A DNA stretch of 64,000 nt from Candidatus Omnitrophota bacterium (GCA_028865345.1 JAGWKL010000003.1:64184-128183); one strand, 5' to 3'; positions 1 through 10,900 are shown, counted from the first letter of the stretch. Numbers and translations are program-made. Notes: generated from the sequence alone by a model not told the origin.

Positions 1-366
1 TTGATTGCCTCTGCTTTTCATCCGCCTTACGGTGAAAAGATGGCCGCCGCAGCCGAGCGGGCCGGTTTCAAGGGCATCATTATTGTCAGAAACGGCATTG
101 AAGGCACCGTTGCCTTTCCGTTATTGAGGGACGTCAAGCTTTTACTGTCTGCCCGGCAAAAGGACGGCAGTTTCTTAAGGCATGAGATGACCATTGAGAA
201 TCCCCGTGCCGTTGAAATTGAAGAGATGGTTGAAAAGCCAAGAGCCGCTGATAATGCCAAGCTCATTGAGGCTTATATCAAGGAAGGCTCATCCGGCAAC
301 AAACATTTTGATGCGCGTGTGGGGTTGACATGTGAGGGGATATGTCAGGCTCTGAAAAATCTATGA
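1..366 (+). CDS. C-terminal fragment of a protein of uncertain identity (gene starts upstream of window)
   Basis: ORF open to the window edge; stop TGA 364-366 overlaps the downstream ATG (ATGA). No diagnostic motif recognised. Confidence 0.4.
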   Translation: MIASAFHPPYGEKMAAAAERAGFKGIIIVRNGIEGTVAFPLLRDVKLLLSARQKDGSFLRHEMTIENPRAVEIEEMVEKPRAADNAKLIEAYIKEGSSGNKHFDARVGLTCEGICQALKNL

Positions 367-1667
367 AGAAAATATCTTTTTATACCTTTGGTTGCCGTTT
401 GAACCAGTCGGAAACGGCCTCCATTGAAAATTCTTTTGAGCAGGGCGGCTGGCAAGTGGTGGACTTTGATGAGCCTTCGGACATTGTGGTCATCAATACC
501 TGCACGGTGACCGAGGGCGGGGATGCCGATACCCGGCGTCTGGTGCATAAAGTCAACCGTTTGAATCCCGGGGCGCGCATTGCTCTGGTCGGCTGCCAGG
601 CGCAGATCCAGAAAGAGAAACTGGCTTCCCTGCCCGGCGTGTGCTGGATCGTAGGCAATGGCCGTAAAATGGATTTGCTTTCAGTATTAAGTGAATTTCC
701 GCAACCGCAGGCGGCCCGGCTTATCGTGCCGGTCATGGAACGCCGGCCTTTCCGTTTACCGGTCCCGTCGGTCGACCGAGGGCACACGCGGGCCAATATC
801 AAGATCCAGGACGGCTGTGATTTTTTTTGTTCCTTTTGTGAGATCCCTTACGCGCGCGGCCGCGCCCGCAGCCGGGTGTTTGACGATGTCCTGACAGAAA
901 GCCGGGCGCTTCTCGCCGCAGGGCACAAAGAGCTGGTCTTGACCGGAATCAATATCGGGACGTACTCGTATGAGGAAAAAACACTCATGGATATCGTTGG
1001 GGCCGTAAATGCCATGGAAGGATTGGAGCGCCTGCGCATTTCATCCATTGAACCAACCACTGTTCCCAAAGGCCTTTGCGGTTATATGAAGGCAGGAGGG
1101 AAGCTTGTCCCTCATCTGCACATCCCTTTGCAAAGCGGGGACAATGAGGTCCTGGGCTGGATGAAGCGCAAATATACCGTCGAAGAGTTTCGTGATTTTA
1201 TTGGTGAAGCGATCGCTGAAGTGCCGCAGATTTGTATCGGCACCGATGTGATCGTGGGCTTTCCGGGCGAGACCGACGCGCATTTTGACCGCACGGTGGA
1301 AACATTAAGGCAGTTGCCTCTCCATTATGTTCATGTGTTCAGTTATTCCCCCCGGCATATGGCCAAAAGCCGCCTGAAGGAAACCCTGCCTGCCGCGGTG
1401 ATCGCCCGGCGCAGTGAAATCCTGCGCGACTTAAGCGCTGCCAAGCGAAAATCATTTTATGAATCCTTGCTTGGCACGACCCAAAAGGTCTTGTTTGAGC
1501 GGCCCAAGACCGACGGGTGGCAATACGGCCTGACGGGAAATTATGTGCGCGTTAAGATCCAAGGTCCTTGTGAACTGACCAATCAAATCCTTCCTGTCCG
1601 TCTCAATTCTATCGACGGCCTGTGCGTTGTGGGGGACCTGTCCCCGGACCCGGGGAGCGCCCGTTAG
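363..1667 (+). CDS. mtaB: Radical-SAM tRNA methylthiotransferase, MtaB-like (MiaB/RimO family)
   Basis: N-terminal FYTFGCRLNQSE MTTase motif. CDFFCSFCEIPYARG CxxxCxxC radical-SAM motif. C-terminal TRAM-like region. ATG at 363 is inside ATGA overlap with upstream stop. Confidence 0.85.
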   Translation: MKKISFYTFGCRLNQSETASIENSFEQGGWQVVDFDEPSDIVVINTCTVTEGGDADTRRLVHKVNRLNPGARIALVGCQAQIQKEKLASLPGVCWIVGNGRKMDLLSVLSEFPQPQAARLIVPVMERRPFRLPVPSVDRGHTRANIKIQDGCDFFCSFCEIPYARGRARSRVFDDVLTESRALLAAGHKELVLTGINIGTYSYEEKTLMDIVGAVNAMEGLERLRISSIEPTTVPKGLCGYMKAGGKLVPHLHIPLQSGDNEVLGWMKRKYTVEEFRDFIGEAIAEVPQICIGTDVIVGFPGETDAHFDRTVETLRQLPLHYVHVFSYSPRHMAKSRLKETLPAAVIARRSEILRDLSAAKRKSFYESLLGTTQKVLFERPKTDGWQYGLTGNYVRVKIQGPCELTNQILPVRLNSIDGLCVVGDLSPDPGSAR

Positions 1668-1668
1668 C

Positions 1669-1923
1669 ATGAAACCTGTTGGCGCCTGCTGGGCGTATAT
1701 GGTACAGTGTAAACACGGTACTTTTTATACCGGCTGGACCAATGATTTAAAAAAGCGCATGGCGGCCCATGACGCGGGCAAGGGCGCCAAATATTTGCGG
1801 GGCAGGGGCCCGGTCAAGTTGGTTTATCGAAAAGAATGCCTGACCGTCGCCCAAGCGCAGGCCCTGGAAAGGTCCATCAAAAAACTTACCCGGAAAGAAA
1901 AAGAAGCGCTGGTCTTTTTATGA
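1669..1923 (+). CDS. Stand-alone GIY-YIG nuclease-domain protein (UPF0213/YhbQ-like)
   Basis: YMVQC..GTFYTGWTNDLKKRMAAH..GKGAKY motif block typical of GIY-YIG domain. 84 aa. Starts 2 nt after the mtaB stop. Confidence 0.8.
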   Translation: MKPVGACWAYMVQCKHGTFYTGWTNDLKKRMAAHDAGKGAKYLRGRGPVKLVYRKECLTVAQAQALERSIKKLTRKEKEALVFL

Positions 1924-3734
1924 ACAAACGTTTTGGATGGCTTTTATTGGTCCTTTTGGCGCTGGGCGGTGTTTTTGTATGGTGCCGCTTATCCCTGCCC
2001 CGCTATCAATTCATCAACCTTTCCGTCGGCCAGTCAAAAGCCCGGGAGATATCCCGGAAATTCTTGGAGACCAAATACGGGGTCAATGTCAATGCCTACA
2101 CATCCGCCGTATTATTCAACGCGGATGATAATGCGGACCAGTATTTGCAAAGGACTCTGGGTTTTTCCGGCGAGAGGAGTCTTGTCCACCGCCTGCATTA
2201 CGACTTGTTCTGCTGGGTCATCCGTTATTTCAAAGAGAAGCAAAAAGAGGAGTATAAGGTCGCGGTCAGCAGCGCCACCGGTGAGGTCATCGGTTTTAAC
2301 CATACGATCGCAGATACGGCCGCCAGGCCGCTGGTCGATAAACAACAGGCCCGCCAGAGGGCTCTTCAATTCTTGAAGACCGCTTATGGTTTTAATCCCG
2401 CCGGGTATACAGTCCATAGTGAAGACGTTCATAAGCTGGAGAACAGGGTGGAGTATGCTTTTACTTGGGAAAACAAGGACGTGCATATTCCCTGGAGCAA
2501 GGACAAAGCCCAGGGTTACGCCAAACTCCTGACCAATGTCACGGTCTCGGGCAATGAAATTCTTGATTTTAATAAGGCTTTTTTTAAAATTCCTGACGGG
2601 TTTAACCGTTATGTAGACTACCTGAAACAAACCGGCCAAAATCTCACCCTGGTGTTCCGCATCCTTTATCTGGTGCTTCTGACCCTGGCCATTATGGCGG
2701 TTGTCAACCGCAAGCAGCAGGTGGTCACACGTACCGTGAGGTCGTTTTATGTCGGCGTGGGGATCGCCTTGTTTATTTTGATGGTCCTGGACCTTTTAAA
2801 CGATTATCAGAGCATTTTATACAGTTACCCGACCACCCAGTCCATGGGTGATTATGTGGCCCGTCAGTTTATCGAAGGCACCATAGCTCCCTTTTTCATC
2901 GCGCTGGGGTTTATTTTACCCGCCCTGGCAGGGGAGTCCCTGAATTTTGAGGTTGCCCGTGAGAAAAAAAATGGGGCTTTTTTGAGCACCCTTTTGTCTT
3001 CCTTTCGCTCGCTGAATATCGCCCGCCAGATCGCGGTGGGATATTGCGCGGCCGCGATCATTCTGGGGACCCAGTCATTGATTTACAGTTTAGGATTCAA
3101 ATATTGCGGGGTATGGGATGAGTTGTCCTGGATGACTCAGGCCTCGACAAGCATTGTACCCGCCTTGACCGCCTTGGCCATTGCTTTTCAGGCTTCTTTT
3201 ACAGAGGAGACAATGTTCCGCATGTTTGCCATCAATCTGTTCAGGAAATACCGCGTGCCTGTGGCCCTGGCGGTGTTTTTGAGCGCCGCGATATGGGGAT
3301 TCGGACATACGGGATATGAAATTTATCCCATGTGGTTTCGGGGTGTCGAAGTCACCACCATCGGGCTTATCATGGGGTTCTTTTATTTGCGGTTTGGCCT
3401 GGTATGCGTGATCACCGCCCATTTTCTGATCGACGGGTTTTTATCGGCCCTGCCGTTTTTGTTGAATCCTCACCTGTCCTTTAATTTTGCCACCGCTTTG
3501 ACGGTGGTGGGCCTGCCTTTGATATTGGCCCTGGTCGCAATTGTGTTCAACAGAAATACTCCTGAGAGGCCCTTGAGCATCCGTTTTAATGTCCACCAGC
3601 AATTTACCTACCATTTGCTGATGGAATTATGCCGTCACAAGGGCCCTGAAGAATTAACGGCCTTTAAAAATGACCTTCAGCGCCATGGGTGGGACGCTGC
3701 GATCATCCAGAGGGTCTTTGAGGATGATACGTAG
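1920..3734 (+). CDS. Membrane protein with CPBP (CAAX) intramembrane metalloprotease domain and N-terminal extracytoplasmic domain
   Basis: EETMFRMF (EExxxR), FGFGH, and AHFLIDGF motifs of the CPBP/Abi family. Multiple hydrophobic segments. ATGA overlap with the upstream gene. Confidence 0.8.
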   Translation: MNKRFGWLLLVLLALGGVFVWCRLSLPRYQFINLSVGQSKAREISRKFLETKYGVNVNAYTSAVLFNADDNADQYLQRTLGFSGERSLVHRLHYDLFCWVIRYFKEKQKEEYKVAVSSATGEVIGFNHTIADTAARPLVDKQQARQRALQFLKTAYGFNPAGYTVHSEDVHKLENRVEYAFTWENKDVHIPWSKDKAQGYAKLLTNVTVSGNEILDFNKAFFKIPDGFNRYVDYLKQTGQNLTLVFRILYLVLLTLAIMAVVNRKQQVVTRTVRSFYVGVGIALFILMVLDLLNDYQSILYSYPTTQSMGDYVARQFIEGTIAPFFIALGFILPALAGESLNFEVAREKKNGAFLSTLLSSFRSLNIARQIAVGYCAAAIILGTQSLIYSLGFKYCGVWDELSWMTQASTSIVPALTALAIAFQASFTEETMFRMFAINLFRKYRVPVALAVFLSAAIWGFGHTGYEIYPMWFRGVEVTTIGLIMGFFYLRFGLVCVITAHFLIDGFLSALPFLLNPHLSFNFATALTVVGLPLILALVAIVFNRNTPERPLSIRFNVHQQFTYHLLMELCRHKGPEELTAFKNDLQRHGWDAAIIQRVFEDDT

Positions 3735-3778
3735 TAATTCTTATTGACCGAATGCCGGGGTTGTTTTATATTTACGCT

Positions 3779-4162
3779 ATGAAGAAAATCTCCAGGATTT
3801 TTGTCGCTTTCTTGCTGGCCGTATCATTGGTTGTCTCAACGGTCATCTGCTGCTGCATTGCACCGGCGGTGGCAGCGCACTTTCAAAAGGAAGCCGCCTG
3901 CAGCCATTGTATGGGGCATAAAGCCTCCGGCCGGCCTTCAGATCCTCTATGCCCTCAGCAATTAATGAGCGCAGATTTTCTTCATGCGCCGGCGTTAACA
4001 TTTTCTGAAAGCACAGGCGGTTTTTCATTTACGCCGGTATTGTTTGTCGGTCATCATCCCGTTTTAACGCGTTTAATATTATCAGTCCATCCGCCCGGGG
4101 GGCCGCCCCTGGGCATGGATTTTATTCCGCTTTACCTTAGGACCTTCCAGTTACGCATTTAA
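3779..4162 (+). CDS. Hypothetical Cys/His-rich small protein with N-terminal hydrophobic segment
   Basis: ORF only; no RBS. CCCIAPAVAAHF..CSHCMGH cluster suggests possible metal binding. Start ambiguous (ATG 3752 or 3779). Confidence 0.3.
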   Translation: MKKISRIFVAFLLAVSLVVSTVICCCIAPAVAAHFQKEAACSHCMGHKASGRPSDPLCPQQLMSADFLHAPALTFSESTGGFSFTPVLFVGHHPVLTRLILSVHPPGGPPLGMDFIPLYLRTFQLRI

Positions 4163-4259
4163 TTCCCTTATCTCTTTCTTAAGTTGCCCTTGTCTCGCGC
4201 ATTATGCGGGAGGAGTCGTCCTTGATTTTGTCTGATTTCTGATAAAAAGGAGATATAGC

Positions 4260-4589
4260 ATGAACATCAAACCATTAGTTTTGATCTTAGGCGTTTTAAC
4301 CTTGTCAGGAGGGTTTGTTTTTGTCCAACAAAGCGCTGCCGCCGTCAAACCGAAAATTGTCGTCGTTGACAACACTGATCCAGCCAAGGCTGTGGAAGTA
4401 GGCAATAAAATTTGTCCCGTCGACGGCCTTAAGATCAGTGACGACGGGGCCATGGGCGGTGGGCCTGTCAAAATCGCTTATAAAGGCAGGATATATAACC
4501 TTGATTGTCCCATGTGCATTAAGGCTTTCGAAAACAACCCCGAAAAGTACAGCGCCATTGCCGAGAAGGAAGTTGGTGCGGGCAAGTAG
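4260..4589 (+). CDS. Secreted YHS-domain (TRASH-like) putative metal-binding protein
   Basis: Strong RBS AAAGGAGAT. Signal peptide. CPVDG...YNLDCPMCIKAFENNPEKY matches the YHS pattern (CPVCGM..Y.FCS..C...F..nPekY). Confidence 0.8.
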   Translation: MNIKPLVLILGVLTLSGGFVFVQQSAAAVKPKIVVVDNTDPAKAVEVGNKICPVDGLKISDDGAMGGGPVKIAYKGRIYNLDCPMCIKAFENNPEKYSAIAEKEVGAGK

Positions 4590-4618
4590 CTGCAGGGAGA
4601 GCCGGCGGATAATTCATT

Positions 4619-5167
4619 ATGCAAGAACCTGAAAAACAAGACGCTTCAATGCTTTTGGAGCAGGCCCGTCAACTGGACGAAGCGGCTCTCGGTCAACTGG
4701 TCAGGGAATATTATCCGGCTGTGCTTCGGTTTTTGTCTTACCGTACGCGTAATCAGGAAGACGCCGAAGATCTGACCAGCGAGGTGTTTATACGGATGAC
4801 AGGGGCCATTAAAACCCAGACCGGGAATTTTGCCGCGTGGCTGTTTAAGATCGCGCGCAACCTGCTCATCGATTATTACCGTAAGATGGATCGCCGGAAA
4901 ACTTCATCGCTGGATGAGATGGAGGATGACAGCATCGCTGTGACCTCCCGCGACCATAGAGAAGGTTTTTCTGAAGATGAGATCAAAGGGATGTTGGCCG
5001 TTTTGACGGATGAACAGCAGGAAGCGGTCACCTTAAGGTTCCTGAATGGTTATTCTTTAGAGGAAACCGCCGGGATCATGCAAAAGTCTGTGGGGGCGGT
5101 CAAGCTGCTCCAGTTCCGCGCCATAGCCGCGTTAAAGGAGCATTTGAAAATAGACATCCAGGCTTGA
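4619..5167 (+). CDS. ECF-type RNA polymerase sigma-70 factor
   Basis: Sigma-70 region 2 (LVREYYPAVLRFLSYRTRNQEDAEDLTSEVF) and region 4 HTH (LEETAGIMQKSVGAVKLLQFRA). Confidence 0.85.
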   Translation: MQEPEKQDASMLLEQARQLDEAALGQLVREYYPAVLRFLSYRTRNQEDAEDLTSEVFIRMTGAIKTQTGNFAAWLFKIARNLLIDYYRKMDRRKTSSLDEMEDDSIAVTSRDHREGFSEDEIKGMLAVLTDEQQEAVTLRFLNGYSLEETAGIMQKSVGAVKLLQFRAIAALKEHLKIDIQA

Positions 5168-5261
5168 AAAAGCGCTTGCGTAACTTTTTGTTGTTGGCGG
5201 CGTCTTTATCAGTGAACATTTTGATCCCAATGGGGGGGTCAATAAAAAAAGCGAGGACGCT

Positions 5262-5534
5262 ATGAAAAAACAAATCACATTTTTATTAATCGGTTTAGGG
5301 TTGGTGGCTTTCAGCAGCTTGAGTTTTGCCGAGAGCCAACTCGGTAAAGGGATTAGGACTGTGGAGGGAACGATCGTGTCCGTGAATACTTCCAAGGATG
5401 TGGCTGTGATAAAGGATAATGCTGTTGCGCATTATTATACAGTTCGTGTTTTTCCGGATCAGATTGGTTCTATACAGGCCGGAGAAAACGTCACGGCTGT
5501 TTCTTATGGGAATGGACCATTGACCCTTAAATAA
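5262..5534 (+). CDS. Small secreted protein, possibly CusF-like OB-fold without canonical Met ligands
   Basis: Signal peptide. Beta-rich EGTIVSVNTSKDVAVIKDN...IGSIQAGENVTAVSY pattern. RBS GAGGA. Followed by a terminator. Confidence 0.5.
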   Translation: MKKQITFLLIGLGLVAFSSLSFAESQLGKGIRTVEGTIVSVNTSKDVAVIKDNAVAHYYTVRVFPDQIGSIQAGENVTAVSYGNGPLTLK

Positions 5535-5552
5535 CAGCAAACATTTAAATAT

Positions 5553-5590
5553 AAAAAGGGGGACATGCTATAATATGTCCTCCTTTTTAG
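5553..5590 (+). terminator. Rho-independent terminator after the sigma/small-protein unit
   Basis: AAGGGGGACAT-gctataat-ATGTCCTCCTTTTT inverted repeat followed by a T-run. Confidence 0.6.
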
Positions 5591-5654
5591 CGTAACTTTC
5601 TGAGATTTTAAACGCCTGCATCGTCAGTAGGAATAATGGTATGGGAATTTTAAT

Positions 5655-6920
5655 ATGCGTATTTTAGTTTCAATGCTGGTGTTGGTGTTTGTGTCCCAGG
5701 GCCTGACGTTTGCGCAAGATGCCAGGTCTCCCGTACATTTAAGCGGATTGATCAAGGAGGCTTTAAACAACAATCCGCAGATTTTAGCCGCTAAAGCGCG
5801 CTACGAAGCGGCCCGCGCCCGTGTAGCCTTTTTCCGTAATGTTCCGGATCCCATGGTCGAGTACGGCTATGACAAGATCATTCCCTCAATGATAGGCGCA
5901 GACGCAGCCAAGCCCATGAAGACTCTTTCGGTAACTCAACGAATCCCTTTTCCGACAAAACTTTTTTTGGAAAGGAAGGCGGCCAGGCAGGAAATGGATG
6001 CTCAAAAGCAGGATTATGAGGAAACCCGGCAACGTGTCATTGAACAGGTCAAGGACGCCTATGCTTCTTTGTTTGTCGCCCAACGTAAAATAGCATTCAC
6101 AAAAGACGATTTTGAACTGGCCGGACAGATGGCTAAGGCTGCAGAGGTACGGTATTCGGCCAATCGGGATTCTCAAATTGACCTTTTACGGGCCCAAGCA
6201 GAGCAGGAAAAGATCATGGTACAGCAAAAAGAATTTGAGCAGGACCGTGTCATTGCCGTCAGTTTGCTGGCCTCTTTGCTTAACAAGGCCCCGCAGGATT
6301 TAGGAGATATTGATACGCATGAGAATGCAAAGGGAGAAGACCTTTCTGAAGAAAATGTGATTAAGAGGATCAAACAGGACCGTCCGGAATTGAAGTCTTT
6401 TAGGGCCATACTGGATCAAACCAGGACGAAATACTCCTTAAGTAAACAAAGCTTGTTACCGGACATAACGCTTACCTATCAGCACCAAGAGCAAAACGGC
6501 AGCTTCGGAAGAGGGCAATGGGCGGGTATGGTAGGTTTTACGATTCCACTTTGGTTTTGGGGCAAACAGGCGCCCGAGATCGTGGAAGCCCGCGCCGACC
6601 TTCGCGCCGCCCAGGCCGATTACCAGGCCGAGGAGAATACAGCCATTTTCGAAGGCAGGAGCGCTTTAGCAAAAGTTAAGGCGGCTCGTGAAGTGGTGGA
6701 ACTTTATGAGAAAGGGATTTTGCCGAGGGCCGAATCGGTGGTTGTCACGGACCGTGTGGCTTATGAGGCCTCAACAGGTGATTTTACCGAATATATAGCG
6801 GCTTTTAAGGCCCTTCGGGATTTTCAAATGGAATATGCGCAAGCCCTGGCTGGTTTGGCCGTTGCCAAGGCGGATTTGGACCGGGCCATAGGCGGGGATA
6901 TTGTATCTAAGGGGGAATGA
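5655..6920 (+). CDS. Outer-membrane efflux protein, TolC/CusC/CzcC family
   Basis: Signal peptide. Coiled-coil and beta-barrel OEP repeats (LIKEALNNNPQILAAKARYEAARARV). First gene of a cusCBA-like operon. Confidence 0.85.
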   Translation: MRILVSMLVLVFVSQGLTFAQDARSPVHLSGLIKEALNNNPQILAAKARYEAARARVAFFRNVPDPMVEYGYDKIIPSMIGADAAKPMKTLSVTQRIPFPTKLFLERKAARQEMDAQKQDYEETRQRVIEQVKDAYASLFVAQRKIAFTKDDFELAGQMAKAAEVRYSANRDSQIDLLRAQAEQEKIMVQQKEFEQDRVIAVSLLASLLNKAPQDLGDIDTHENAKGEDLSEENVIKRIKQDRPELKSFRAILDQTRTKYSLSKQSLLPDITLTYQHQEQNGSFGRGQWAGMVGFTIPLWFWGKQAPEIVEARADLRAAQADYQAEENTAIFEGRSALAKVKAAREVVELYEKGILPRAESVVVTDRVAYEASTGDFTEYIAAFKALRDFQMEYAQALAGLAVAKADLDRAIGGDIVSKGE

Positions 6921-6921
6921 A

Positions 6922-7926
6922 ATGAAAAAGTTCACATGGGTCATGATTTTCTTATTGATAGCTTGCGCCGCGGGAAGTCAAAATGCGTTCAGCCAGACTA
7001 AGAGAAAGATCCTTTATTATCGAAATCCGATGGATCCTTCGGTGACATCGCCTGTTTTTATGAAGGATTCGATGGGAATGGACTATATTCCCGTTTACGC
7101 CAAAGAACCTTCACAAGCTCAAAAGGTATCAGGTATTCATGTGCCCCTGCAACAGCAACAGCTTATCGGTCTTAAGACAGGGCTTGTCGAGAAGCGCGAT
7201 TTGATTTATGAGATCCGCGCATCGGCCCAAGTAGCCTTTGATCCTGACCTGTTTGTCGCCCAAACGAGTTATATCGAGGCGTTAAAAACATTAAAAGAAA
7301 CTGCGAACGGTTCGGATGCTTTTCTCAATGGACAATCTAAATCCCTTTTGGAAGCCAGCCGCCGCAATCTTTATCTTGAGGGCATGAGCGACAGCGAGAT
7401 CGATGAGCTGGCAAAAACGGGCAAAGCGGATGATAGTTTGTATTATCCCGGCACTTTGCCTACGGCATGGGTCTACGCCGCCATTTACGAGAACGAGGCC
7501 TTGATGACCAAGCCTGGCCAGAAGGTCACCTTTGAACCTCTGGCTTTTCCCGGAAAAATGTTCCATGGGATTGTGGCCGGAGTTTCTCCCATCTTGGATG
7601 CCCGGACGCGTACCGTGCGTTTGAGGATCAGGGTCGATGACCCCAAGAAAGAATTGCGTCCTCAAATGTTCGGAACGGCGTTGATTTCCGTTGATCTGGG
7701 AAAGAAACTGGCTGTTGACCAGGACGCTGTTTTGAACACGGGAATGAAGCAAATTGTTTACGTGGTCCATAAAGGGAATATTTTTGAAATGCGAAAGGTG
7801 ACCTTGGGCACAGAAGCCAAAGGTTATTATGAAGTTCTGTCAGGTCTTCAAGAAGGTCAGAAGGTCGTCACCAGTGGTAATTTCATGATTGACTCAGAAA
7901 GCAGGATTGAAGGGTTTACCAAATGA
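6922..7926 (+). CDS. cusB: RND efflux periplasmic adaptor, CusB/CzcB-like
   Basis: N-terminal YYRNPMDPSVTSPVFMKDSMGMDYIPVY metal-binding motif typical of CusB/SilB, then HlyD-family domains. RBS AAGGGGGAA. Confidence 0.85.
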   Translation: MKKFTWVMIFLLIACAAGSQNAFSQTKRKILYYRNPMDPSVTSPVFMKDSMGMDYIPVYAKEPSQAQKVSGIHVPLQQQQLIGLKTGLVEKRDLIYEIRASAQVAFDPDLFVAQTSYIEALKTLKETANGSDAFLNGQSKSLLEASRRNLYLEGMSDSEIDELAKTGKADDSLYYPGTLPTAWVYAAIYENEALMTKPGQKVTFEPLAFPGKMFHGIVAGVSPILDARTRTVRLRIRVDDPKKELRPQMFGTALISVDLGKKLAVDQDAVLNTGMKQIVYVVHKGNIFEMRKVTLGTEAKGYYEVLSGLQEGQKVVTSGNFMIDSESRIEGFTK

Positions 7927-10900
7927 TTAAAAAAGTCATCGAGTTTTCGGCAAATAATAAATTCTTGATTTTGATCATCATAGCGGCGGCCATAGTGGGG
8001 GCCATTATGGCTGTACGCAACATCCCTCTTGATGCCATTCCGGACCTTTCAGATACCCAGGTCATCGTTTATTCCCGCTGGAACCAGTCACCGGACATCA
8101 TGGAAGACCAGGTGACCTATCCCATCGTGACCGCGATGTTGGGCGCCCCTGATGTCAAAGCCATCAGGGGCTTTTCAGATTACGGTTATTCCTACGTCTA
8201 TATTATTTTTAAAGACGGGACAAACTTGTATTGGGCGCGCAGCCGCACATTGGAATATCTCAGCAAGGTCCTTCCCGCCCTGCCCAAAGGCGTTAAGACC
8301 GAATTAGGCCCGGATGCAACGTCCGTCGGGTGGGTCTATCAATATGCTCTGGTGGATAAAAGCGGCAAAAATGACCTTTCCCAATTGCGGTCTTTCCAGG
8401 ACTGGTATCTGCGTTATTGGCTGCAGTCTGTTCCGGGAGTCGCGGAAGTGGCATCAGTCGGGGGATTTCAAAAACAGTATCAGGTCAACGTCGATCCCGT
8501 GGCCCTGCAGGCGTATAACATCCCTATCACTAAGGTCATTGAGGCGGTACGTCGCAGTAATAATGATGTGGGGGCGAGGGTGGTGGATTTTTCCGGCACC
8601 GAATTCATGGTCCGCGGACGCGGGTATATCAAATCCACCAAGGACATAGAGAACATTGTTTTACGGACGGATTCTCACGGCAGGCCGGTTTTGGTGCGTG
8701 ATGTGGCAACAGTGACAACGGGCCCACAGATGCGCAGGGGTGTGACTGATCTGAATGGACAAGGGGACACAGTGGGCGGCATCGTGATCATGCGTTCGGG
8801 AGAAAATGCTCTAAATGTCATCAACCGGGTCAAACAGAAGCTCAAAGACATTCAGCCCTCGCTTCCGCCGGGCGTTAAGATCGTGACAACCTATGACCGC
8901 TCAGACCTTATCATGCGTGCGATCGATACGCTCAAACATCAGCTTATTGAGGAAATGATCATTGTCAGCTTGGTGATCATTTTTTTTCTGTGGCATTTCC
9001 CGTCAGCCAGTGTGCCGATTGCCACCATCCCTGTGGCAGTGCTTTTGTCCTTTATACCGATGTATGCCATGAAATTGACGTCCAATATCATGTCGCTAGC
9101 CGGTATCGCGATTTCCATCGGTGTTTTGGTGGACGGCGCCATCATCATGGTGGAGAACGCTTACAAAAAGACCCAATTGTGGGAAGCTTCGGGGCGCAAG
9201 GAGAATTACCATGACGTTTTGTTGACGGCTCTTAAAGAAGTGGGGCCGTCGATTTTCTTTTCTCTTCTTGTGATCGCGGTGTCATTTTTGCCGGTCTTCA
9301 TGCTGGTCGGTCAGTCAGGCAGGCTTTTCAGGCCCCTGGCCTTCAGCAATAACTTTACGATGGTCATTGCCGCGGTTTTGTCGGTCACCTTTGTTCCGGC
9401 TATGTTTGTGCTTTTGGTGCGGGTCAACGAGGCTCATTTCCGTCCGAAATGGCTGTCGAAACTTTATAATTTTTTACGCGTAGGCCATTATTATCCGGAG
9501 GAAAAACATCCGGTCAGCAAGGTCCTGTTTAATTTTTATGAACCTGTCTGCCGGTTCGTGCTCAAATACCGTGTCCAGACTTTGATTTTTGCCGGAATGA
9601 TCTTCTTGTCTATGATACCGGTTTATTTAAAGTTGGGATCGGAGTTTATGCCGCCTTTGAATGAGGGGACCATTCTTTATATGCCCACCACCTTGCCCGG
9701 GATATCAGTGACAGAAGCCCAAAAAGTTCTTCAGGAAACGGACAAGATCATCCGTACTGTGCCTGAGGTCCAAAGCGTGTTCGGCAAGGCCGGGCGGGCC
9801 GATACATCGACCGATCCGGCACCCTTATCAATGATGGAGACAACCATCGTCCTTAAACCGGAATCGCAATGGCGCAAGGTCCATCGCTGGTATTCGTCGT
9901 GGATGCCCGGATTCCTTCAAGGGTTTTTCCGTCCCATTTGGAATGACCGGATCACATGGCAGGACATCATCAATGAGCTTGATGAGAAAGTCAGACTACC
10001 GGGGTTGTCGAACGCATGGACCATGCCTATCAAAACACGTATTGACATGCTTTCAACCGGTATCAGGACTCCGGTGGGGATAAAAATTTTAGGCCCGGAT
10101 TTAAATGAGATAGAACGCATAGGTGTCAAGATCGAGAACATCGTCAAGCATATCAAAGGCGCCAGAAGCGTTTACGCGGAGCGCGTAACAGGCGGATATT
10201 ATCTGGATTATGATTTTAACTCTAGTGCTTTGGCCAGTTACGGATTGACGATCGGCGATGTGGAGGATGTGATTGCGTCGGCCATCGGCGGCGAAACAGT
10301 GACCACGACCGTTGAAGGCCTGGAAAGGTATTCCGTCAATGTCAGGTATTTGCGTCAGCTGCGTGATGATATCCCAAGCCTGGAGCGCATCCTGGTGTCC
10401 ACGCCCAATGGGGCGCAGGTACCGTTGGGACAACTGGCAAAGTTGAAATTTGTCCAGGGACCGGGCATGGTTCGCAATGAAAACGGCATGCCTGCCGGTT
10501 ATGTCTATGTGGACATGGCCGGCCGTGATATCGGCGGTTTTGTGCGGGACGCCAAACAGGCGGTTGATAAGGGGCTTAAACTGCCTTCAGGGTATACACT
10601 CATCTGGAGCGGGCAGTATGAGAACATGATCCGGGTCGCCCAGCGGATGAAGGTGATCATTCCCATCGCGCTTTTTATTATTTTTATGCTGTTGTACATG
10701 AATACCCGTTCGCACGTCAAAGCGGGAATAGTCCTGTTGGCGGTGCCTTTTTCTTTGGTGGGAGCCGTATGGTTTCTTTATTTTCTCCACTATAATTTAT
10801 CTGTCGCGGTGTGGGTGGGGATGATTGCCCTCATGGGGCTTGATGCGGAAACCGGTGTTTTTATGCTGCTTTTTCTGGATTTAGCTTATTATCAGGCCAT

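Noticed and set aside
3752-3778. Upstream ATG as start of the Cys-rich ORF
   Set aside because: Neither ATG has an RBS. 3779 gives a more signal-peptide-like N-terminus (MKKIS..). The whole gene is kept at low confidence.
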